A stretch of 64,000 bases of DNA from an uncultured Bacteroidia bacterium (lineage in GTDB: Bacteria; Bacteroidota; Bacteroidia; Bacteroidales; F082): contig CADCGK010000012.1 of NCBI GenBank assembly GCA_902800965.1, positions 155,820-219,819 of the forward strand, in the 5' to 3' direction. Position 1 is the first letter of the stretch. The number at the start of each line of letters is the position of its first letter. Shown here in pieces: positions 8,473 to 15,976 of this stretch. The notes under the pieces are model-generated. The model was not told where the DNA came from. It was given only the letters and a program-made list of their open reading frames with translations, and did not search any database. The translations under genes were made by a program, and so were the position numbers.

Positions 8473-9540
8473 TTAAATCTTTACCCTTTGAAGCACTCCT
8501 TGACTCCGTCCTGCGTCGAAATAGACACTGTAGGCATATCCGCCGTGCACCTTGAAAGCCCTCGGATAGATGCTAGAGCACGCTTTGTGAATGATGCCTA
8601 CGGTGTTTTTTGCCGGGTTGTATAGCCCAAGGTAATACATGCCATCCTTTACAAAGAGTCCGTAGGTCTTACCCATGAGTTCATCCGTGAGGAATTGGTT
8701 TTTAAAACTAGATTCTTCCGACAGGATTTTCAACGGCCGTGGATCGGACACCTTGAAATCCTTGTCAACTTCCACGATCTTGAGTCCCTGTAGGTCGATC
8801 AATTGCAGAAGATCGTTGTATTTCAAGGCTGCCGTATGGTATTCTTTAGCAACATTTTGACGGTACCACAGGATCTGAAGATGGATGTTTAAGGTTTTGT
8901 TCAGGCGTCGCAAGTCACCATCCCAAGTACCCATTCGCAGTTCATTGGCCCCGACAGGAACCGCATGGTCGTACATGGCGATGATCCTGTTCAATTGATC
9001 CTGACACATCTCTACAGCTGCCGTATTGATAAAACGGCACAAAGGATGGTTTTTCTTTTCTGGATCGTCTTTCAGGATGTACGAATAGGTTTGTGTTTGT
9101 CCGTGAAATTCCTGAACGTGGTAGTCGTGTTTATCGTAAACCATGCTGCGGAGCACATTGGCCCCGTTGAACTCCAGCACAAATCTCGCTACTTTGTCGT
9201 TGAATTCCTGTTTGGAGAACGTCGTCAAAGGCAAGGCTTTCCACTGATGATCGAAATACACCTGCAGACAGCTATCGCGATTCATCAGCAAGAAATGCCC
9301 GAAGGGGTCGATATACAGTTCCTCATACAGTTGTTGGAACTCGGTCTCGCTCAGCTTGTTTCCCTCAAGGTCGAGCAGACTCAGCACCGAGTTGCGGCTT
9401 CGGTTCTCCAGCACAAGGACTTGGTTTCCCGAAAAGGCAATATCGGCGATATAGCGGTTGCCTTTGGTCCTATAGAAGTCCTGAGCTTGGAGGCCTCCAA
9501 CCAGGCATAGCAACACAACGATGATCAAGTATCTTTTCAT
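8473..9540 (-). CDS. secreted protein of unknown function (distant relative of the 3062/4361 family, lacks the CarboxypepD_reg domain)
   Basis: The signal peptide is MKRYLIIVVLLCLVGGLQA. The C-terminal segment TYGLFVKDGMYYLGLYNPAKN...GGYAYSVYF matches the FxxFVxDGxYxL...YFLY pattern of the paralogs. Confidence 0.5.
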   Translation of the reverse strand: MKRYLIIVVLLCLVGGLQAQDFYRTKGNRYIADIAFSGNQVLVLENRSRNSVLSLLDLEGNKLSETEFQQLYEELYIDPFGHFLLMNRDSCLQVYFDHQWKALPLTTFSKQEFNDKVARFVLEFNGANVLRSMVYDKHDYHVQEFHGQTQTYSYILKDDPEKKNHPLCRFINTAAVEMCQDQLNRIIAMYDHAVPVGANELRMGTWDGDLRRLNKTLNIHLQILWYRQNVAKEYHTAALKYNDLLQLIDLQGLKIVEVDKDFKVSDPRPLKILSEESSFKNQFLTDELMGKTYGLFVKDGMYYLGLYNPAKNTVGIIHKACSSIYPRAFKVHGGYAYSVYFDAGRSQGVLQRVKI

Positions 9541-9672
9541 AGGAACAAAATTATTGAATATTTCATCGAAAAAACGGCTTAAATCATTGAATACATATTT
9601 TTTTGAAAAACTATTGAATTAACACGTTGATTTTTATGATATTAATAAATAATTTAGTATAGATTATTTAAG

Positions 9673-9732
9673 AATGTATCCAAAATATCAACAATAAACC
9701 TATTGACTTTTTTTTAATTAGTAATATATTTG
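9673..9732 (+). promoter_or_regulatory. conserved 60-bp promoter module, copy II (upstream of the DUF3990-like gene)
   Basis: AATGTATCCAAAATATCAACAATAAACCTATTGAC...TATATTTG, with the same 52-nt spacing. A second TATTTTTG box lies at 9781..9788, closer to the ATG. Confidence 0.6.
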
Positions 9733-9815
9733 CCGTAAAGATTATTTCTGTAAATTATTGATAAATAATAGTAAAAATACTATTTTTGCAAAAAGTCTCG
9801 TTATAACGATAGTTT

Positions 9816-10493
9816 ATGAAATCGATTGTCATTTATCACGGTTCGACAAAGATCATCGAAAAGCCCGTTTTTGGAGTGGGAAATCCGAAGAATGATTACG
9901 GATTGGGCTTTTATTGTACCGAAAATCTTGAGCTCGCCAAAGAATGGGCAAGTACGGAACAACGCGATGGCTTTGCCAACAGCTATGAGATTGACTTGGA
10001 GGGATTGAATCTCCTCCATCTAAATCAAAAACCCTATCATATCTTGAATTGGCTCTCGATACTGTTGAAAAACAGAACGTTTGTCCTGTCCCAAGGACTG
10101 CCCACAGAAGCAAAACAATACCTGTTGAACCATTTTTTACCCGACTACAAGCCTTACGATATCATCATAGGTTATCGGGCCGATGATTCTTACTTCTCTT
10201 TTGCCAATGCCTTCTTGAACAACACTATCTCATTGGAGCAATTGCGAAAAGCAATGCATTTAGGAAACCTGGGGGAACAAATCGTATTGAAAAGTGAAAA
10301 AGCGTTTGCGAGCATCCATTTCAAGGAAAGCATCCCCGTTGACAGCAGTCTGTACTACCCGAAACGCCAAGCCCGCGACCGAAAAGCAAGAGAAGATTTC
10401 CAGAAAGAAAAAACCACAACATCACCAGTTGATGCCATCTATATGATTGATATTCTCAGACAAAAATGGACTACCGATGACCCACGCCTATAA
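9816..10493 (+). CDS. DUF3990-like protein (PARP/ART-like HGS...GFY motifs), candidate toxin/effector
   Basis: 225 aa. The motifs IYHGST (residues 6-11) and GLGFYCTE (29-36) are present, followed by GYRADDSYF and GEQIVLKSE. The ATG is at 9816. The family call is from memory. Confidence 0.6.
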   Translation: MKSIVIYHGSTKIIEKPVFGVGNPKNDYGLGFYCTENLELAKEWASTEQRDGFANSYEIDLEGLNLLHLNQKPYHILNWLSILLKNRTFVLSQGLPTEAKQYLLNHFLPDYKPYDIIIGYRADDSYFSFANAFLNNTISLEQLRKAMHLGNLGEQIVLKSEKAFASIHFKESIPVDSSLYYPKRQARDRKAREDFQKEKTTTSPVDAIYMIDILRQKWTTDDPRL

Positions 10494-11118
10494 TCACATA
10501 TATCTTGAGGATGTGATGAACAACCTCGGCATCATGTTCGACTGCGCCGTCCATGCCGCGCATTGCGACCTAATGTTGTTTTACGAGATGTTTCTGTCAA
10601 GCGGGGTCGCCTCACAAATCGAGGCGGGCAATCCCCGTTACCTGTCGGGACTGTCGGGGATGGAGTTGATGCAACTGGTTTTGGATAAAACCCTTGACAA
10701 AACGGTGCCCGTCCTGTCCTACGCACCTTTTGACCGCACCCCCGAATATTGGGCCGGTTGGGCGTTGGCCTATTATCAATGGTATCGTGCCCGATCGTTT
10801 TCGTTTCTTAAAAGCAATGGATTAAACATCAACACCTTGCTTTCGCTTTATCCAACCTTGCATGAGGCCGACCTTTCCAAATTTGTAAAAACAGCTGATG
10901 CGCTGATCGAGCAAGGTCTCCAACACCGAAAGAACCCACTGAAAACCATCCGCAAGCAGTCCCGTCTCACTCAAAAAAAGTTAGCTGACTTGTCAGGGGT
11001 TTCACTTCGCATGATTCAAGCTTACGAACAGGGCGACCAGGACATCACCAAAGCGGAAGTACGGTCGGTCCTCGCACTGTCACGAGTGCTCGGATGTCGT
11101 CCTGAGGTGATCCTATGA
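10477..11118 (+). CDS. XRE-family HTH protein with uncharacterized N-terminal domain (partner of the DUF3990-like gene)
   Basis: The C-terminus is IRKQSRLTQKKLADLSGVSLRMIQAYEQGDQDITKAEVRSVLALSRVL, a classic XRE HTH. It overlaps the upstream gene end by 17 nt when started at the ATG at 10477; the ORF is open from 10447. Confidence 0.65.
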   Translation: MTHAYNHIYLEDVMNNLGIMFDCAVHAAHCDLMLFYEMFLSSGVASQIEAGNPRYLSGLSGMELMQLVLDKTLDKTVPVLSYAPFDRTPEYWAGWALAYYQWYRARSFSFLKSNGLNINTLLSLYPTLHEADLSKFVKTADALIEQGLQHRKNPLKTIRKQSRLTQKKLADLSGVSLRMIQAYEQGDQDITKAEVRSVLALSRVLGCRPEVIL

Positions 11119-11142
11119 CGTTAACCCAAGAAGTAACGCTCT

Positions 11143-11598
11143 TTACAGCCTTTCAAAATCCACAATCGCGCGAAGCGAGGCCCAATCCTCCTCTTCCATC
11201 GTCTCCAAGGCCTCGTCACTGAAGTATAACTCAATGCTTAGATCGGTTTTCGTGAGTATGTTGATGGTTCCCAAGACATCGTATGAGTTCACAACATCAA
11301 CTCCCGGTTCAATAATGTGCTCTGAATACCAATCCTTCAAAACGAGATGGCTTCCATGAAGCGTGTATTCCTTGGCAGCTTCTTCCCCACCCATAGCTAG
11401 GACAACCTTTCCGTTTTTCTTGAATTCCATAGTGATTCCTTCTCCGATTGGAATGGATTCCGATTGTTCGCCATTCGTTATGGTGAAGTTGACAATTTTC
11501 CATTTACCGTAGATTTGAGGGTCTTTCCCACAAGAGGATAAAATAGCCACTACTGTCACCATGAACAGCAAAGCAAAGATGTTTCTAATTGTTTTCAT
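11143..11598 (-). CDS. small lipoprotein of unknown function (lipocalin-like?)
   Basis: The signal peptide ends in a lipobox (ILSSCGK). 151 aa. It begins YGKWKIVNFTI, as in lipocalin-like lipoproteins. Confidence 0.5.
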   Translation of the reverse strand: MKTIRNIFALLFMVTVVAILSSCGKDPQIYGKWKIVNFTITNGEQSESIPIGEGITMEFKKNGKVVLAMGGEEAAKEYTLHGSHLVLKDWYSEHIIEPGVDVVNSYDVLGTINILTKTDLSIELYFSDEALETMEEEDWASLRAIVDFERL

Positions 11599-11613
11599 GA
11601 CTTAGGGTTTTTG

Positions 11614-11670
11614 AACGGCGAATTTTACGAATTAAGCGAATTATTCGTAAAATTCGTAAAATTCGCCGTT
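11614..11670. repeat. CGAATT-word palindromic element, family 2 (complete hairpin)
   Basis: AACGGCGAATTTTACGAAT...ATTCGTAAAATTCGCCGTT is a perfect 19-bp inverted repeat. It lies between the LRR gene stop and the lipoprotein gene start. Confidence 0.8.
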
Positions 11671-11674
11671 ACTC

Positions 11675-13780
11675 TTATCTTTTCACAAACTTGATTGTTC
11701 GATTATTCACGTTGATGAAATACATTCCATTGGGTAAGGATGAAACATCGATAGTCAGATTGGATTGCTTCGTCGCTCCGTTCGGCTCCGCTCCTCGCAA
11801 TGACGTACCCGACCATACCGTTTGACCCTGTAGGTTGATGATGCGATATTCGTCGGATTGGGTTCCTGAGACGGTGATGATGCCCGAGGTGGGATTGGGA
11901 TAGACCTGGAATCCCTCCGCGGTGGGTTCGTCAACATCGTAATGGAAATTGAAATACACCTCGTCACAAGCTGTCTCCGTCGTCTGGATGATCAATTGTC
12001 CATATTGCCACACGCAGCGCATGCCTCCCACGCGATAGTCGTCTCCTTTGGTCATCAAGCGCTCCGGGAAGAAACTGGTTTCGTGGCCGACGCCACAGAT
12101 GATGGTGCCACTGAACAGGTCTTGGGGATCGCTCACTGTGAGGGTCCGATAGGTCTGGCCGTTGTAATCAACCATACCTTCTTCATCCACATGCATTGGT
12201 AAAAGCTCCGTCCCAACCTTGATTTCCCATTCATCACCCACTTGGGCTGCGAAATCATACAACATTGTGAATTCATTCAAGGTCTTGTTCCACCAATACA
12301 CCTTGTTATCACGTTCATAAATGTATTCGTACGACTTCTCCTCATGCAGGTTTTTGTCATAAAGAGTATTGATGCGCACCAAAATATGAACCGGCTCTTC
12401 GTTGACGGTGGTATCGGCTGCATATTCCAAATGCTGGTAAGTGATGCTGCCATCAGCATTCTTGATCTCATAATACCACTCTGTTCCAATAGGGAAGATG
12501 CCCATTTCCACAATGTTGGAAAACCTGTTCCATCCTGGGGCATTTTGGTAGGCTAAAAGTGAGCCTTGAGGCACATAGACGGTAGCACTCCTTGGCACTT
12601 GGTCGAAAGAATGATAATAAACAAGGGTGTCCATTGTTGGTGGAACCGGATTATAGACATAGATTTTCTTCAGTTTCGTACATCTGGAAAAAGCCAATCT
12701 ATCGATGAAGCTGACTGATTCGGGGATGGTCACCTCGCCCATCCACTGGCACATCCCAAACAACCGATAAGGAATGGTATTCATGGACTGGGGAAGGGTA
12801 ACTGTAGAGAATCGGCCATAAATAAAGGCTTCCGGGGCAATGTCGGTCACCGTCTCGGGAATGACCAACGAGCCAGGGTCATTGCAACTGAAGAAAGCAT
12901 GATCTCCGATAGTGGTCACTGAAGATGGGATTTCCGGCATCTTGGTAAGACCGCATTGACCAAAAGCGAAAGGACCAATAGCCAGCACTCCTTCGGGAAT
13001 CACGCTGTTCTTACAGCCAATTACAATGGTATTTGTGAGTTGGTTGATGACACAGTTGTTTTCGGAATAATAAACCGGGTTCCCTTCTTCAACGGATACC
13101 GACTCGATCTTTTCGCAACTATGGAACGGGTTTCTTTCGATTGTGATAACCGAACTGGGAATCTGGACTGCCTCGATATTGTCACAATAGGAAAAAGCAT
13201 CGCCTGAAATGGTAGTTACGGTATTTGGAATTACTACATTGGACAAATTATTATTGTTGCTGAACATGCTGTTCGAGATCACCGTAAGCCCTTCCGGCAA
13301 CACCAATGTTCCAGTCAAACCCGTGGTCAGAAAGCATTGGTTACCGTAGGTTACGTCCTTTTCGGGAAGCACCACCTCGGTCATAAGGTCGCAACGGCAG
13401 AATGCCAAATATCCCACGGTATTCACTGAATTTGGGATGATCACGGTACCGCTCAACAAGGTGCAGAGGTAAAACGCTTGGTTTCCAATGTCCGTGACGG
13501 TATTGGGGATAACCACCGATGTGATGGTGCTTTCACTAAACGCCTCGTCTAAGATTTCTGTCACCGTCCAGTCGGCACCATTGCAGTGGATAGTCTCGGG
13601 AATAACCAAGTCACCAGTGGGTTGAGGAGTGCCTTTGGTTAATCCTATCAGATGGTTGTCTTGATCCAAGATATTGCAAAAGAGCAACTGGCCTGATGGA
13701 GCGTATGCGGTGAAATCATATGCTTTAATGGTGTTGACGGCCAAAACCATCATGAGAATCAGTAAGATTTGCTTTTTCAT
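11675..13780 (-). CDS. BspA-type leucine-rich-repeat surface protein with T9SS C-terminal sorting domain
   Basis: It has repeated IPNTVT(T/D)IGxxAFxxC LRR_5-type units. The C-terminus is FQVYPNPTSGIITVSG...LPNGMYFINVNNRTIKFVKR, a T9SS type A CTD. The ATG is at 13780; the ORF track starts at a TTG at 13786. Confidence 0.8.
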   Translation of the reverse strand: MKKQILLILMMVLAVNTIKAYDFTAYAPSGQLLFCNILDQDNHLIGLTKGTPQPTGDLVIPETIHCNGADWTVTEILDEAFSESTITSVVIPNTVTDIGNQAFYLCTLLSGTVIIPNSVNTVGYLAFCRCDLMTEVVLPEKDVTYGNQCFLTTGLTGTLVLPEGLTVISNSMFSNNNNLSNVVIPNTVTTISGDAFSYCDNIEAVQIPSSVITIERNPFHSCEKIESVSVEEGNPVYYSENNCVINQLTNTIVIGCKNSVIPEGVLAIGPFAFGQCGLTKMPEIPSSVTTIGDHAFFSCNDPGSLVIPETVTDIAPEAFIYGRFSTVTLPQSMNTIPYRLFGMCQWMGEVTIPESVSFIDRLAFSRCTKLKKIYVYNPVPPTMDTLVYYHSFDQVPRSATVYVPQGSLLAYQNAPGWNRFSNIVEMGIFPIGTEWYYEIKNADGSITYQHLEYAADTTVNEEPVHILVRINTLYDKNLHEEKSYEYIYERDNKVYWWNKTLNEFTMLYDFAAQVGDEWEIKVGTELLPMHVDEEGMVDYNGQTYRTLTVSDPQDLFSGTIICGVGHETSFFPERLMTKGDDYRVGGMRCVWQYGQLIIQTTETACDEVYFNFHYDVDEPTAEGFQVYPNPTSGIITVSGTQSDEYRIINLQGQTVWSGTSLRGAEPNGATKQSNLTIDVSSLPNGMYFINVNNRTIKFVKR
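11755..11805. repeat. family 1 element, half copy (right arm)
   Basis: TCAGATTGGATTGCTTCGTCGCTCCGTTCGGCTCCGCTCCTCGCAATGACG matches the right arms at 8367..8404 and 41632..41683. Confidence 0.8.
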
Positions 13781-13801
13781 ATTCAAATTGGATTTAATGA
13801 T

Positions 13802-15268
13802 TTATACAGCGTTGACAATCTCTTCGAACGACCGGTTGTCGTCCCCGAGGTTCATTTTCATTTGTTTGATTCGTGTTTTGCGTTTGTAATAAGAGTCGGT
13901 TTGGGTATCCAAAAGGATGGAAATCACCTGATTGGAGAAACCGTTCTTGGAGAGGCAGCAGATGCGCACATCCCACTTGCCGAGCTTGGGGAAGAGCTGT
14001 AGCAAGCGTTGTGAGAAGCCATCGAAAATCAGGTCGGTAAGGTTGATGAAGTCGGTCCAGTCGTTGTCGGTAATTTCGAAGTTGAGCGTGTCGGCGTTCA
14101 CCTGTTCGCTGAGGGCTTGAGCCGTGACCATCACCTTGTTACGCGCCATGATCTTCTCGGTCATCATCAGCTCTTTCTGCGAGAGGGTCTGCTGGTTGCG
14201 CCGCAGTTCGTCGTTAGTGCGGATCAAGGTCTCCATGTCGCTCACTAACTCATGGATGCGATTTTGGTCGCGTTCCACTTGACGACCAAACTGCTCCATC
14301 TTCAGCTTATGGTCGCTAACAATCTTTCTCACAATCAAAAGAATAACCAACAAAGCTATCAACACCAAGGCGATAATCAGATACAACTTCAAGTCGCGGT
14401 TGCGATGCAGACTCTCTAGCTCGCTTTGCTGGGCTTTCAGTTCGTATTCCGACTTGATCCTCAGCATGACTTCGCTGGAATGCTCTTGTTCCGATTCCAA
14501 CAAGTTCGTCGAAAACAGCTGTTGGTATTGGATGGCTTGTTTGTAGTCGCCCTCGGTGTAGGCAATGGCATACAGCGTCTGATAGACCGACATTTTCAGT
14601 CCGGGACGCTCGCTTCGCAGGGCTTGGTTCAAAAAGTTTTTTGCTTGCTCAAAATCGTTCGAATAATAATAAAGGATGCCCAATGTCATGTGGGCGATGT
14701 CGGTATCGGTATCGCTAAGCCCGATTTCCAGTGCCTTGTTGACATTCTCGATGCCTTTGGTAAAGTTGCCGGTCTCCATGTAATAGTCGCGGCCCATTTC
14801 CAGATAGAGGTCGCCCAACATGGCTTGGTCGTGAATCAAAGTGGCGATGCTGAAGGCCGAGTCATAGTAGTGTTTAGCTGGTGTGTATTGCTCCTGTGCC
14901 CTGACGGCCCGGCCGCTATTGCGGTAGGCGTTCATCATGCCTGTGGAGTCAGCAGTTTGACGGAAACAAGCCAAAGCCTGTTGATGTTGCTCAAAAGCAC
15001 CCTCAAAGAGTCCGTGTTTGAAATACATCGAACCAAGGTTGTCGCATAGCAGGCCTTCGAGCTGCAGGACTTCTGGAGTCTCTTCGCAAGCCTGCAATGA
15101 TTCCAACCCTTGCAAGAACTTCTCTGCAGCTTCCTCCGATTGGCGTTGCTGGCGCAGGCGCAAACCTTCTTCATAAAGGATTTGGGCCTTTTGTATCCGC
15201 TTGGTCTGGGTGTTGCAAGCGGTCAACACAACGCAGGTCAATAAGAAGATTAGTAATCGTAGTTTCAT
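13802..15268 (-). CDS. lipoprotein-anchored TPR / TM / coiled-coil protein with LuxR-like C-terminal region
   Basis: It has a lipobox (VVLTACN), TPR-like helices over ~300 aa, a TM segment (LYLIIALVLIALLVILLIV) and a coiled coil. The C-terminus FSQRLLQLFPKLGKWDVRICCLSKNGFSNQVISILLDTQTDSYYKRKTRIKQ aligns with the 7542 and 29380 paralogs. Confidence 0.6.
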   Translation of the reverse strand: MKLRLLIFLLTCVVLTACNTQTKRIQKAQILYEEGLRLRQQRQSEEAAEKFLQGLESLQACEETPEVLQLEGLLCDNLGSMYFKHGLFEGAFEQHQQALACFRQTADSTGMMNAYRNSGRAVRAQEQYTPAKHYYDSAFSIATLIHDQAMLGDLYLEMGRDYYMETGNFTKGIENVNKALEIGLSDTDTDIAHMTLGILYYYSNDFEQAKNFLNQALRSERPGLKMSVYQTLYAIAYTEGDYKQAIQYQQLFSTNLLESEQEHSSEVMLRIKSEYELKAQQSELESLHRNRDLKLYLIIALVLIALLVILLIVRKIVSDHKLKMEQFGRQVERDQNRIHELVSDMETLIRTNDELRRNQQTLSQKELMMTEKIMARNKVMVTAQALSEQVNADTLNFEITDNDWTDFINLTDLIFDGFSQRLLQLFPKLGKWDVRICCLSKNGFSNQVISILLDTQTDSYYKRKTRIKQMKMNLGDDNRSFEEIVNAV

Positions 15269-15450
15269 TTTTCGAATTGTTGTTGATGCAAAATTAAAGA
15301 GAAAAACAACTTGTCAAGAGGTTTCTAGGAAAGCGATGGAAAATGTCCCTATCATTTCGGATAGTCCTAATTAAAGATTAATGATAATCAACTATTTAAA
15401 AAATTATAGGAAACCTATTTTGTCCATGTTATTTTTTACACAAAACTTAA

Positions 15451-15510
15451 AATGTATCCAAAATTTCAACATATTTTCTATTGAATTTTTTAAAATTATG
15501 GTTATTTTTG
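15451..15510 (+). promoter_or_regulatory. conserved 60-bp promoter module, copy III (upstream of DUF5618-like copy 2)
   Basis: AATGTATCCAAAATTTCAACATATTTTCTATTGAA...TATTTTTG, with the same 52-nt spacing. Confidence 0.65.
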
Positions 15511-15535
15511 CAGCGTATTAATAAAAAAGTTTCTC

Positions 15536-15925
15536 ATGAAAAAGGATTTGATCAAGGAGGCGAGACGTTATGTTGATAACGCTGAAAAAACCCTTAGGGA
15601 AAATGGGCGGTATAACAAAGAATTAAATCTTTATGAAGACGATAAATATGTGAGAGTGGCTGGACATTACCTGTGGCATTCGGTGTTGTTGGCCTTGGAT
15701 GCTGTGTTTCAGGTTAGAAAAGATCGCCGCACAAGAGTTGATGTCAACGACTATTATGCGGCAGTAAGTAAAAGAGACAAAAAACTATTGGCCTTGGTTA
15801 ACAGCAGCTATAATGTGATGCATCTCTCCATGGATTATGATGGAACTTCTGAAAAAAATGTCTGTAATGCGGGGTTTCGTCTCGCCAACGACATCATCAA
15901 CCGGTGTGCCTTGATGGTTTCGTGA
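15536..15925 (+). CDS. DUF5618-like small helical protein (copy 2)
   Basis: 129 aa and about 81% identical to 7169..7558. It has the same promoter module upstream. Confidence 0.6.
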   Translation: MKKDLIKEARRYVDNAEKTLRENGRYNKELNLYEDDKYVRVAGHYLWHSVLLALDAVFQVRKDRRTRVDVNDYYAAVSKRDKKLLALVNSSYNVMHLSMDYDGTSEKNVCNAGFRLANDIINRCALMVS

Positions 15926-15976
15926 TTGATTACTTCAATATAATCACTATCTTTGTCCATTCAAAAACGGATAAAG

